Assembly (NCBI RefSeq): GCF_009914755.1 | Contig: NC_060931.1 | Direction: 5' to 3' (one strand) | Length of the DNA: 64,000 nucleotides | From: the human T2T-CHM13v2.0 reference genome, Homo sapiens | Shown here: in pieces, positions 16,701 to 29,094 of the stretch | Layout: the number at the start of each line of letters is the position of its first letter | Position numbering within the stretch: the first letter of the stretch is position 1 | The notes under the pieces: generated by a model | Told to the model about the DNA's origin: nothing | Seen by the model: the letters and a program-made list of their open reading frames with translations, nothing else | The model's database searches: none | Position numbers and translations under genes: made by a program

Positions 16701-16809
16701 TAGAAGATTTTCTGAACTGATAGTAAGACAGTTAGTAAAGATAGTAAGATAGTTAGTAAATGATGCCATCTAACTACCTTAGTAAATGGCATCACCTCTA
16801 GGTAATAAG

Positions 16810-17520
16810 CTCTATATTTGGGGTTCCTCCGTGATTTCTTTCTTTCTCTCACCTTCCATATCCAAGTCACCAATTACTGTTAAAGATTCTGCTTCTAACG
16901 TGTATCTTAAATCTGCTTCTCTGGAACCACAGTATTTAAGTTCACTGTCACCTATTCTGAGTAGCCTCCAACTAGTTTCATAGCTCACAGCTCATGCTCT
17001 TGCCTCCAAGGAGTCCGTTTTGCAATGACAGAGTTATCTTTCCATTGCGTAAATCATATCATGTCCCATTCACCTTTAATCTTTTGCTTGTTTCCGACTG
17101 CTTTTAGACCACTGTTCAGATCCCTGATTGTTATAACCTCTGGGGTCCTGCACCTTCTGGCCCTGGCTTCCTGCCTTCTTCCTTGGCTCCTTTCCCATCC
17201 ATCACAGCATGGCAATCATATCTCCTTCAGCACAGCTCCCTACAACCTCAGCCCTTCAAAGAGCTGGGGTCCTAGAATCCTTCCCAGCCTTAATATTACC
17301 TCCTCAAAGGTCAGAGGGACCTTTCCTGATTACCTTAGTATTATGTTGTGTCTGTTAACCTTCATAGAAAATATTTCAAATTTTATAATGCATCTCTATC
17401 TTTGTTTGCTTGTCTTTAAAAATCTCCACTCAGTGATCCCCATTTTCACTCTCAAGAATGTCAAATTCCCTGAATGAGCCCATGTTTACTTTGCTCATGG
17501 CTTTGCCTTGGATCACAGCA
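16810..17520 (+). mobile_element. L2 fragment
   Basis: Pyrimidine-rich L2 3' region text (atccaagtcaccaat..., agtagcctccaactagt..., acctcctcaaaggtcagagggacctttcctga). Confidence 0.55.
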
Positions 17521-17589
17521 GATCCTCCCCTCCCTCCAGTTAGTGTATTCCTACCTTCATCACTGCTCTAATATGGGGGAAAATCCCCT

Positions 17590-17810
17590 TTCACGATTAT
17601 TGCCATTAGTTTATATAAAATTTCATTTACATTAACTCATTTGGATTTTGATCCTCAATGAAATAAGCTGAATAAATATTAATATTCACATTGACGGAAG
17701 AGAAAACTCAATCTCAGAGAGGGTAAGATTTCAAGGTCATAGCAAATCGGTGGCAGACCTTAGACTTGAATGAGGTCCAGGAGGTCTTTAATACTGAAAA
17801 GCCCAAATCT
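17590..17810 (-). mobile_element. MIR
   Basis: gaagagaaaactcaatctcagagagggtaag...caaggtcatagc core in reverse orientation. Confidence 0.55.
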
Positions 17811-18135
17811 CCGCTACTCACTTTCTCATGTACCTCATAGGTGATGACAGCTACTCTCTATCTCCAGGGATGGTAGATGAAAATAATAGCATGTGAAGGA
17901 TAAAGGAGTTGTAAGGAAGAACTTCCAGAGCTCTGGGTAGGTGGAGAGACAGGAAGGTCAGGTGTATCTTTTGGAATTGGCAATTGTTAGGTGTCAGATG
18001 GTGCAAGATATTAGAAGGAGCGTGGGCTTTAGACTGAGACTTGAATGTGATTCCTGCCCTGCTACCAGTGACAACGTGGTCAGTTACTTAATTCCTCTCC
18101 AAGACACGATTTCTTCATCTTTAAAACAGATACAA

Positions 18136-18136
<1 letters not shown>

Positions 18137-18181
<45 letters not shown>
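18137..18181 (+). repeat. (CA)22 microsatellite within a MIR, ~160 bp upstream of the OR6B1 acceptor
   Basis: Uninterrupted CA run read directly. Confidence 0.95.
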
Positions 18182-18183
<2 letters not shown>

Positions 18184-18367
18184 CTATGTGGAAATTAAAT
18201 TACGTTGTGTGCCTCACGTACCCAGTTCATGGTCTGACCTGTAATATGTATTAATAAATGATAACTATTACTGATAGAGAAGACAAGTATGGAAAAATAT
18301 AGCTGGGCCATGGAGTCTGATCAAATGATTTTTCCTCCCCAGGAGAGCTAAGCCCTGTGTCTCCAAT

Positions 18368-19303
18368 ATGGAGTTGGAGAACCAGACACGAGTCACCAAG
18401 TTCATTCTGGTGGGATTCCCTGGGAGCTTGAGTATGCGGGCAGCCATGTTTCTGATATTCCTTGTGGCCTATATTCTGACAGTGGCTGAAAACGTGATCA
18501 TCATCCTATTGGTGCTGCAAAATCGGCCACTGCACAAGCCTATGTACTTCTTCCTGGCCAACCTGTCCTTCTTGGAGACCTGGTACATCTCTGTGACTGT
18601 GCCCAAGTTACTGTTTAGTTTTTGGTCTGTGAACAACAGCATCTCTTTCACACTCTGTATGATACAACTGTACTTCTTCATTGCTCTCATGTGCACAGAA
18701 TGTGTGCTTCTGGCCGCCATGGCCTATGACCGGTATGTGGCCATCTGTCGCCCACTCCACTACCCAACCATAATGAGCCATGGGCTCTGCTTCCGCCTCG
18801 CTCTTGGTTCCTGGGCCATTGGCTTTGGCATCTCCCTGGCGAAGATCTACTTCATCTCCTGCCTCAGCTTCTGTGGTCCCAATGTCATCAACCACTTCTT
18901 CTGTGACATCTCTCCAGTACTTAATCTCTCCTGCACAGACATGTCCATAACTGAGTTGGTAGACTTTATCCTGGCACTGGTCATCTTCCTATTCCCACTC
19001 TTTATTACTGTCCTGTCCTACGGATGCATTCTGGCCACCATATTATGCATGCCCACAGGAAAGCAGAAAGCGTTCTCCACTTGTGCCTCCCATCTTGTGG
19101 TGGTCACCATTTTCTATTCAGCCATTATTTTCATGTATGCTCGACCTCGAGTTATCCATGCTTTCAACATGAACAAAATTATTTCCATCTTCTATGCCAT
19201 TGTCACTCCTTCTCTCAACCCTTTCATTTATTGCCTAAGAAACCGAGAGGTCAAGGAAGCTCTGAAGAAACTGGCATATTGCCAGGCCAGCAGATCTGAC
19301 TAG
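18368..19303 (+). CDS. OR6B1: Olfactory receptor 6B1 (class II OR, 7TM GPCR), 311 aa, intact
   Basis: OR motifs [52 protein letters not shown]; N-glycosylation site NQT at 5; family-6 AEN in TM1; sequence [22 protein letters not shown]...CQASRSD recognised as OR6B1. Confidence 0.96.
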   Translation: MELENQTRVTKFILVGFPGSLSMRAAMFLIFLVAYILTVAENVIIILLVLQNRPLHKPMYFFLANLSFLETWYISVTVPKLLFSFWSVNNSISFTLCMIQLYFFIALMCTECVLLAAMAYDRYVAICRPLHYPTIMSHGLCFRLALGSWAIGFGISLAKIYFISCLSFCGPNVINHFFCDISPVLNLSCTDMSITELVDFILALVIFLFPLFITVLSYGCILATILCMPTGKQKAFSTCASHLVVVTIFYSAIIFMYARPRVIHAFNMNKIISIFYAIVTPSLNPFIYCLRNREVKEALKKLAYCQASRSD

Positions 19304-19479
19304 TCAATTACAGCTGATTAGAAAGAAAGGTCTGAGTGGGTGCCTGTATGTCTTCCTCCATCCTTTCTCCTTTAACGACTCAGTTAGGACACTGCCCATG
19401 TTAATATGACATCACCATGTCTACTTCGATCTCAGGCGCTTGGGTATCTGCATCTGTGCATATGGTCAGTGCTCTAAGG

Positions 19480-19873
19480 CCATACACCTTCTAGAGAGCT
19501 AGAGAAAACAGTTCTCAATGGTTGTGACCCCAAATGGGGTTTCTAAGACTGTGAGTAAATTTATAACTGAGTTAAGTAGGAAGAGAGATGGTGATGGGTG
19601 AGTTAGCTGTTTTTGGATCTGCCATACACTAATAGCTCTGGGGCCAACAAAATAGGTGGTAGCTTCCTGATTTCCCATCTTTCTAAGACAGAGGTAGCAA
19701 CTCCCTCAACAGTCTCATTCTTGATGTTCTGGGAGTGAATTTTGGTGGCAGAGACTGCTTCCTGAGTTTTTGCAACACTTTTTGCAAGCACTTACTAACC
19801 TGTATTAAATCCCTTTCTGCTTAAACTAGTTAGAGTGCTTTCTTTTATCTGTAAGTGAATTGTACCTTACACA
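19480..19873 (+). mobile_element. Old ERVL-class LTR fragment
   Basis: Typical LTR 3' end 'cctgtATTAAAtccctttctgcttaaactagttagagtg...' with polyA signal at 19804-19809. Confidence 0.55.
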
Positions 19874-22047
19874 ATTGTGTTTTGTCTTCTGATATAACTC
19901 ACACAGTTGCCTTTTATTGAATTTTATATTTCCCTTCTAGGTGCCACAATGTATCCTTTAGTGGATGAACATAAAATAGATGATAAATAAATATCATCAA
20001 ATATATGAATTGCCAAACAATAATTGCCCTCATTACTTCTCTTTTCTTTTGATCTTGATATCCTCTTGTTCCCGCCCCGCACCCCCCTTCCCGCCCTCTC
20101 TTTTATCTTCTCTTGGTTTTCCACTTTCTCCACACTCAACTCAGAGATAAGTAACAGGTTTCAGGAATTGACAGAGATTTTCATTCCATGCCATAGTGAT
20201 TCTCAACTTTCCTTACCTATATATCTAACACCCTCTACACACACGCTAGAACCTCATTGATCAAATGTGCTTTACACCCATAGAAGGTACACAGATATGC
20301 TTGCTCTTGGTTCATAGTTTTGCCATTGGCAAAGGGAGATATATTTTTAAGCTGTATTCAACATAGTGGGCCAACATCAGTGGGAATTTAATTCTTTTAT
20401 TGTAACAGTTTTAAACAGGAGAGTTTCTTGCATTAATAACATCTTTTAGCTAAGAACAAACCACACTTTCAAGAATGCTTTCTCTTTCTTCTTAATTAAG
20501 AAACGTGAGGCAGAATTATTTGTTCCATTTTATAAACTTCCAGAACAGATGTTCAAGGAAGTAAATAACATACAACCACAGACAGTGGGAGAGCAGAGGT
20601 CAAAGTCCCAGTTCCCTGAATCCAAACCCTGGGTCTTTCTCTAGTGAATGGGCTCTCCCTAGAGAGAAAACATACTTCTTTAGAAGCCAAGTATGAAAGC
20701 TAGTTGTAAAGGAATATAGTTGGAATTATGAATTACTATACCTGCAGAACAGTAATAAAATAAAAATGAAAACATGTGAATTATAGGTCCCAGAGGAAAA
20801 AAGAAACAAAAATAAAATGCAAGCACAACTTGCTTTAGGGAATAAATGTGCAAAAGAGAACAATGCTTAAAATGGAAAGGATTTAATGTTTGCTTCTGGA
20901 ATGTAGTTTGTTCCCTTGATGCAATAAGTAAGTTGTGATGAATATATTTCTATTTAAAATCTAGACACACAAAAAAGAGATTATTTTCTGAAAACTTCAA
21001 ATGAATCAAAATATAATTGCATAGTCATATAGGGATATTAAATGTGTGCATTAAGAAAGGAAAAGACATGTTCAGTAGGGATTAGGAAATGAAAGATAAA
21101 AAAACTCTGGCAATAACTTGAATTTTAGCCCTGGATATATATTCACCATGTGACCTTGGCCAAACCATCTATACTTTTGGAAACACTGAGTCTTTATGTG
21201 TAAAACAGGAGTAATAATAGTTGCTTGGTGTTTCTTACGCAATGGTTATGAGGATCAACTACCATGATGGAAAAGACATTGATTGTTAAATATCTTGGGC
21301 AGTGCATGATCTAAGCAAGCTGCCACTAGATTAGGGTTTGCATGGGAAAACTGTTTGGGAAGGCTATGCTCTCTGGACCTGTCTAAAACAATTCCACACC
21401 TAGTTGACTCCACATACTATAGTTATAGTTAACCTGGGAGGCTACAACTATCAGAGGCAGTTTATTTCTTTATTATTTCTCATGAATATCTTGGAAAGGG
21501 AGAATGTAGAAGTAGGGTTTCTTGGGGAATTCTATTAAATTTTTTTTTCAAATAACAGATGGAACATTGAGCTCCTTCCCCTTTGTGGAAGGAATACCTA
21601 AGTGCACAGGCTCAGCAAAGTAAGGACACAGACCAATGTAGAAATCTGCCTCAACAGAGAAAATAATGTATAGTGGATTACTGGTTAAATTCATATAGAA
21701 ACAAGCTATTTCTAAGGTGACACACAAAGCAAGCCGGAAGTTTCAGGGCATTTGGTGATCTTGTTGGGGTAACCATCATAAAAGGCTGGTAGTCAGTTTC
21801 AGTAGTTTATCCAGAGAACACGCCCTGAAGATTTGATTATCACCAGCCAAACTCATAAGGAACCCCACAAAGTAAAATATAAATATATATTAATTACACA
21901 TGCAGTATATATTTTAAATCACTATATTTATTCATTCATTTAACTAATATATATTAAGGATCTATTATGTACGTGTAGGGATACAATAGCAAAATATTAA
22001 AACTTGTTACCTTTGTGAGCAGAAACAGATAGCAGATAATACCTTTC

Positions 22048-22072
22048 TGTGTGTGTGTGTGTGTGTGTGTGT
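22048..22072 (+). repeat. (TG)n microsatellite
   Basis: Read directly. Confidence 0.9.
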
Positions 22073-22103
22073 ATACATATATATATCTAACATACATACA
22101 TAT

Positions 22104-22553
22104 TGTAATGGGTTGAATGGTGGCTCCCAAAAATATATTTTCACACTTTCAACCTGGAACTTGTGATTGGGAACTTATTTGAAAAAAAAAGAGTCTTTGA
22201 AATATAATAAAGTTAAGGACCTCAAACTGAGACCATTCTGGATTATCCGAGTGGACTCAATGTCCAATGACAAGTTCCTTATATGAGAGAGAAGAGAAAA
22301 CAGAGAAGGTGATGTGAAGGTAGAGATAGAGATTGGAGTTCTGCATCCACAAGCCAAGAAATACCTTGGGCCACCAGAAGCTGGAAGATATAAGTAATGA
22401 TTCTCCCCCCCTAGAGCTGTCAAAGGAAGAGAGCCCTGATGACAGCTTGATTTTGGACTCCTGGCCTCCAGAACTATAAGACAATATATTTCTGTTGTTT
22501 TAAGCTACCAAGTTTGTGGTAATTTGTTATAAAAACCCTGGGAAATAAATACA
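22104..22553 (+). mobile_element. MLT1B/C-type MaLR solo LTR
   Basis: tgtaatgggttgaatggtggctccc ... aagtttgtggtaatttgttat...ggaaataaataca. Confidence 0.82.
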
Positions 22554-22850
22554 CATCCCAATTTGGGTGGCAATAAGTGCTATGGATGGGGAGGAAGAAA
22601 GCATGAAAGTATAATAGGAAGTGCTGCTGGAGATGAGAAATTTTAAATAAGATGGTCACAGAATCACCAAGTGAGGAAGAAATGTTTGAGCAAAAACCTG
22701 GAGAAGCTGTGAGAGTAAGATATATGGCTACTTTGGCAAAGAACATTCCAGGTAGAGAAACAGCAAGGGAAGATATGGAGTCTTGTGTAGTATGTTTGAG
22801 GGACATTGAAGAGACCGAGCAGCCAGAGCAGTGAGAAAAGGGTAAGCAGG

Positions 22851-25800
22851 TGATATGGTCTGGCTCTGTTTCCCTACCCAAATCTCATCTTGATTGTAAT
22901 CCCCACATATCAAAAGGGGAACCTGGTGGGAAGTGATTGCATCATGGGGGTGGTTCCCCCATGCTGTTCTCATGATAGTGAGTGAGTTCTCACAAGATCC
23001 GATGGTTTTAAAAGTGTTTGGCAGTTCCCCTCCCACTTTCTCTCTCTCTCTCTTGCCGCCATGTTAGATGTGCCTTCCTTCCCCTTCGCCTCCTGCCATG
23101 ATTGTAAGTTTCCTGAGGCCTCCCCAACCATGTGGAACTGTAAGTCAATTAAACGTTTTTAAAGTAAATTACCCAGTCTTGGGTAGTTCTTTATAGTTGT
23201 GTGAAAATGAACTAATACAGAAAATTCATACCAGGAGTGGGGCACTGCTATAAAGATACCTAAAAATGTGGAAGCAACTTTGGAACTGGGTAATGGGCAG
23301 AGGTTGGAACAGCTTGGAGGGCTCAGAAAAACACAGGAAGATGTGGAAAAGTTTGGAACTTTCTAGAGACTTGTTGAATGGTTTTGACCAAAATGCTGAT
23401 AGTGATACAGACAATGAAGTCCAGGCTGAGGTGGTCTCAGGTGGAGATAAGGAATTTCTTGGGAACTAGAGCAAAGGTCACTCTTCCTATGCTTTAGCAA
23501 AGAGATTGGCAGCATTTTGCCCCTGCTCTAGAGACCTGTGGAACTTTAAACTTGGGAGAGATAATTTTCTGGTACCTGGCAGAAGAAATTTCTAAGCAGC
23601 AAAGCATTCAAGATGCAACCTGGCTTTTTCTGAAAGCATATAGTCATATGCTTTCATAAAGTGATGATCTGAAATCTGAACTTACATACAAAAGAGAAGC
23701 AGAGGATAAAAGTTTGGAAAATTTGCAGCCTGACTATATGGTAGGAAAGAAACAGGCATTTTCTGGGGAGAAATATAAGCCTGCTGCAGAAATTTGCATA
23801 AGTAACAGGGAGATGAATTTTAATCACAAAAACAGTGGGAAAAATGTCTCCAGGGCATCTCAGAAATTTTCACAGTTGCCCCTCCCATCACAGGCCCAGA
23901 GGCTTAGGAGGGATAAATGGTTTCCTGGGCCGGGTCCAGGGCCCAACTACTCTGTGCAGCCTTAGGACATGGAGCCCTGTGTCCCAGTCACTCCAGCCAT
24001 GGCTAAATGGGGCCAACCTATGGTTCAGGCTATTGCTTCAGAGGATGTAAGCCTAAGCCTTACTGGTTTCCACATGGTGTTGGGCCTGCGGGTGTGCAGA
24101 AGACAAGATTTGAACTTTGGGAGCCTCTGTCTAGATTTAAGAGGATGTATGAAAGTGCCTGGATGTCCAGGCAAAAGTCTGCTGTAAAGGTGGAACCCTC
24201 ATGGAGAACCTCTACTAGGGCAAATGCAGAGAGAAAATGTGGAGTGGAGCTGTAAGAAAAGGGCCATCATCCTCCAGCCCCCAGAATAGTAGCTCCACAG
24301 CTTGCACTGTGCACCTGGAAAAGCCACAGCACTCAATGCCAGCCCATGACTATTGGGGGAACCCTCCCCCAATATTTCAACGTAGGTTCTTTCTATTTTC
24401 CATAAGTGTCAGCCATCTGAGAAATAAAGAGAAAGAGTACAAAGAGAGGAATTTTACAGCTGGGCCTCCAGGGGTGACATCATATATCAGTAGGACTGTG
24501 ATGCCCACCTGAGCTGCAAAACCAGCAAGTTTTATTAAGGATTTCAAAAGGGGAGGTGGTGTAAGAACAGGGAGTAGGTCACAAAGATCACATGCTTCAA
24601 AGGGCAAAAAGGAGAACAAAGATCACACACTTCTGAGGAAACAGGACAAGGGCAAAAGCAGAACTCCTGATAAGGGTCTATATTTAGCAGTGCACATGTT
24701 GTCTTGATAAACATCTTAAACAACAGAAAGCAGGGTTCAAGAGTAGTTTGGTCTGACCAGAAATTTACCAGGGCAGAGTTTTTTCCCCACCCTAATAAGC
24801 CTGAGGGTACTGCAGTACATCAGGGCATATTTCAGTCCTTATCTCAACCACATAAGACAGACACTCGCAGAGGGGCCATTTGTAGACCTCCCCCCAGGAA
24901 TGCATTCCTTCCCCAAGGTATTAATTATTAATATTCCTTGCTAGGAAAAGAATTTAGCGATATCTTCCCTACTTGCACGTCTGTTTATTGGCTCTCTGCA
25001 AGAAGAAAAATATGGCCCTATTTTTCCCGACCCCGCAAGCAGACAGACCTTATGATTGTCTTCCCTTGCTCCCTGAAAACCGCTGTTATTCTCTTCTTTT
25101 CCAAGGTGCACTGATTTCTTATTGTTCAAACACACATGTTTTACAATCAATTTGTACAATAGTGGTTCTGAGGTGATGTACATCCTCAGCTACAAAGATA
25201 ATAGGATTAAGAGATTAAAGTAAGACAGGCATAAGAAATTATAAGAGTGTTATTTGGGAACTGATAAATGCCCATGAAATCTTCACAATTTATGTTCCTC
25301 TGCCACAGCTCCAGCTGGTCCCTCCGTTCAGGGTCCCTGACTTCCTGCAACACATGAAAGCAGCCACAAGGGCTGTACCCTGCAGAGCCACTGGGGTAGA
25401 GCTGCCCAAGGCCTTGGGAGACCACCTGTTGCATAAGCATGCCCTGGACATGAGACACAGAGTCAAAGGAGATCATTTTGGAGCCTTAAGATTTAATGGG
25501 TGGCCTGCCAGGTTTCAGACTTGCATGGGGCCTATAGCCCTTTGCTTTGGCCAATTTTTCCCATTGGGCATGGGGGCATTTGCCAAATGCCTGTACTCCC
25601 ATTGTATCTTGGACATAACTAACTTGTTGTTGATTTTACAGACTTATTGGCAGAAGGGACTTGCCTTGTCTCAGATGAGACTTTGGACTTGGACTTTTGA
25701 GTTAATGCTGGAGTGAGTTAAGACTTTGGGGTACTGTTGGGAAGGCATACTTGTGTTTTGAAATGTGAAAAGGACATGAAATTTGGGAGACTCCAGGGGT

Positions 25801-26170
25801 GTAATAATATGGTTTCACTCTGTGTCTGCACCAAAATCTCATCTTGATTGTAATCCCCATTTTGTCGAGGGAGGGACCTGGTGAGAGGTGATTGGATCAT
25901 GGAAGCAGCTTCCTCCATGCTGTTCTTATAATAGTGAGTGAGTTTTCACAAGATCTGATGGTTTTAAAAGTGTTTGGCAGTTCCTTCCTCACTTTCTCTT
26001 TCTCCTGCTGCCATGTAAGACGTGCCTTGCTTCTTCTTCACCTTTTTGCCGTGATGGTAAGTTTCCTGAGGCCTTCCCAGGCATGTGGAACTGAGTCAAT
26101 TAAGCCTTTTTAAAATGAATTACCCAGTGTCAGGTAGTTCTTTATAGCAGTGTAAAAACAGACTAATACA
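22851..26170 (+). mobile_element. Full-length THE1D MaLR element (LTR 22851-23219, internal region, LTR 25805-26170)
   Basis: Two similar ~370-bp LTRs starting t(g/a)atatggt and ending actaataca; MaLR internal sequence; perfect 5-bp TSD GCAGG (22846-22850 / 26171-26175). Confidence 0.9.
24351..25352 (-). mobile_element. MER11 (HERV-K HML-8) solo LTR nested in THE1D-int
   Basis: Minus strand starts TGTTGCAGGAAGTCAGGGACCCTGAACGGAGGGACC and ends TCCCCCAATA; 6-bp TSD catgac/catgaa. Confidence 0.88.
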
Positions 26171-26574
26171 GCAGGGTAGGAGATAAGATAAGAGAGACAA
26201 GAATAGGCCAGACACTGTTGAACCTGTAGCCACTGTGAGAAAATATTGGGTTTTACTCTGAATGAGATGGGAAACCATTGGTAGGTTTAGAGCAGTGGGG
26301 TGATATGATCTTTTTGCTTTAAAAGGATCACCCTAGCTTTTGGTGAAGAACAGGCTTGCATAAGGCAAGGGCAGGAGAAGAAAGAATATTTATGAGTCCA
26401 TTATGGTATCATGGTGACACACAGCGGTGGATATGATGAACAGTAGTTGTGGAAATGGGGTGAAATGGTCTGATTTTAGATGTATTTTGAAGATGGAGAC
26501 AATGCAGCATGTATATTCATGTCCATGTGGACCAGCTTGATAAAATATTCAGAGCACACTTTGCAAAGAGCTCT

Positions 26575-26976
26575 CATTAGTTAGATTTTGCTGCAAACAA
26601 ACCACCCCAAAACTTAGCAGCTTAAAATTATTAAGTTTAAGTCTGTAGTTTGAAGTCTGTAGATTTGCTGGGCAGGTCTACTGATTATGTCTGGGCTTGC
26701 TCATCTGCCTGCAGTCAACTAGCAGGTCACTGGGAACATGCCTGTGAGGTCTTCCCTCCACCTGGTCTCTTATCCTCCAGCAGGCTGTCCTGACCTTGTC
26801 ACATGGAGATCAAAGTGCTCTAAGAGAGGAGAAGCTTGACAAACCTCTTAACATCTATACTCAGCATTCACATTCTATTGGCCCAAGCAAGCCCATATTC
26901 AAGAGGTAGAGCAATAGACTCCACTTTTTGATGAAAACACCTGAAAAGAATTGTGGCCTATTTGTAGTCTGTCACA
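26575..26976 (-). mobile_element. Old MLT1 (H/J-like) LTR
   Basis: aaaccaccccaaaacttagcagcttaaa ... cacattctattggcccaagcaag ... tagactccact. Confidence 0.65.
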
Positions 26977-27189
26977 GCTTTTTCCCTGAAACAAAAATAA
27001 ATTTTAAAAACGACCTTTTCCAAACTATTTTTCCACTGCTTTTTTATAGCTGTTAACAGATGCAACTCATTTTATACATGTCACTATGAATTTTTATAAG
27101 AGGCAACTACAAATATGAAAAACAGTACCTCTATAACACTGATGGAAAGAGACAGTAAACCTGAGGAAGCACAAAAGATAGGATCATTT

Positions 27190-28530
27190 AAATTTTTTTA
27201 GAAGTTTTCATTTAAGTAAAAGTACTAATATCCTAAGTCTACAGCTCAAAGCATTTTCACAAATTGAACACAGCCCATGAAACCAGCACCTGCATCAGAA
27301 GAAAAAGAATCACCAGAAACTACACCCCCATGTGCATTTCCAGTCATAATTCTAAGAGTAACTTTTGTCCTACTTCAAACAGCAGAGGTGGATTTTGCCA
27401 GATATTTTAGTTAAAAAAATGAATTAGACAATATGCAATTCTCTGTGTATAGCTTCTTTCACTCAATTTTATGTTTCTGAGATCTTTCCTGTTGTTCCAT
27501 GTAGTTGTAGATAACACATTCTTATCATAGTATAGTATTTCACTGTGTGAAAATACTATTATTAGTCAGAATGGTGATTATTGAAAAGTCAAGAAACAGC
27601 AGATGCTCGTGAGGCTGTGGACAAATAGGAATGCTTTTACATTGTTGGTGGGAATGTAAATTAGTGCAACCATTGTGGAAGATATTGTGGTGATTCCTCA
27701 AGGATCTAGAACCAGAAATACTATTTGACCCAGCAATCCCATCACTGGGTATATACCTAAAGGAATATAAATAATTTCTTTATAAAGATACATGCATGCA
27801 CACTTATGTTCGTTGCAGCACTATTCGCAATAGCAAAGACATGGAATCAACCCAAATGTCCATCAATGATAGACTGGATAAAGAAAATGTGGTAAATATG
27901 CATTACGGAATACTATGCAGCCATAAAAATAAGTGAGATCATATCCTTTGCAGGGACGTGGATGAAGCTGGAAGCCATCATCCTTACCAAACTAACACAG
28001 GAACAGAAAACCAAACACTGCATGTTCTCACTCATAAGTGGGAGTTGAACAAGGAGAATACATGGGCACAGGGAGGGGAACATCACACACCAGGGCCTGT
28101 CGGGGATGGGGAGGGGAAGGGAGAGCATCAGGATAAATAGCTAAGGCATGTGGGGCTTAATACCTAGGTGATGGGTTGATAGGTGCAGCAAACCACCATG
28201 TAACACATCTACCTACGTAACAAACCTGCATGCTCTGCACATGTATCCCAAAACTTAAAATAAAATTTTAAAAAAGAGAAAATACTATAATTTATTTATC
28301 CTTCTCACTCTTTTTGTATAGTGTCCAGTTTGGGACCATCAGGAATAGCATTGCATGGATATTCTAGTACATATCTTTGCTGAACCTATAGATGTATTTC
28401 TGTTGGGCATATAACTAAGACTGGAATTGCTAAATCACAGGATATGAATATGCCCAGCCTGATAACATATTGTGAAATAGTTTTTCAAAGTGGGCTGTAC
28501 CAATTTACACTCCCATCAGCACTGTATGAG
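27190..28530 (-). mobile_element. Old L1M 3' end interrupted by an L1PA
   Basis: Reverse L1 3' text (cttctttcactcaa..., gtgtccagtttggga..., taccaatttacactcccatcagc) on both sides of the L1PA insertion. Confidence 0.7.
27563..28277 (+). mobile_element. 5'-truncated L1PA (older primate subfamily)
   Basis: ORF2 end plus 3' UTR and A tail; TSD gaaaatactat (27549 / 28278). Confidence 0.88.
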
Positions 28531-28574
28531 CAGTTGAGAAGGTAGTTTTAAATGATTAAAACTTCTAAATTAAG

Positions 28575-29073
28575 TGGAAACGTTCTATTATAAAGAGACA
28601 TGCATGCATATGTTCACTGCAGCACTATTCGCAATAGCAAAGACAGGCAATCAATCTAAATGCCCATCAATGATAGGCTGGATAAAGAAAATGTTGTATA
28701 TATACACCATGGAATACTATTTAGCCATAGAAAGAATGAGATCATGTCCTTTGTGGGAACATAGATGGAGCTGGAGGCCATTATCCTTAGCAAGGTAACA
28801 CAAGAACAGAAAACCAACTACCACATGTTCTCATTTATAAGTGGGAGTTAAATGATAAGAACACATGAATGCATAGAGGGGAATAACACACACTGGGGCC
28901 TATCAGAGGGTGGAGGGTGGGAGAAGGAAGAGGATCAGGAAAAACAACTAATGGGTACCAGGCTTAATACGTGGGTGATGAAATAATCTCCACAACAAAC
29001 CTCCATAACACAAGTTTACCTATGTAACAAACCTGAATTTGTATTCCTGAACTTAAAATAAAAGTTAAAAAAA
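28575..29073 (+). mobile_element. 5'-truncated L1PA/L1PB 3' end
   Basis: ORF2 C-terminus (MFTAALFAIAK..CPSM..WIKKM) and 3' UTR ending aacttaaaataaaagttaaaaaa. Confidence 0.85.
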
Positions 29074-29094
29074 TCAAATGAAAAGTTTTTTTCC

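Larger units (their letters stand above)
21925..26510 (-). mobile_element. L2 element fragmented by MLT1 and THE1D insertions
   Basis: L2 3' end (ttcattcatttaac) at ~21930; L2 text resumes at 22555-22850 and 26176-26510 (tttactctgaatgagatgggaaaccattgg...). Confidence 0.7.

Noticed and set aside
18469-18895. Antisense ORFs overlapping OR6B1
   Set aside because: Typical shadow ORFs on the opposite strand of a coding sequence, with no independent support.
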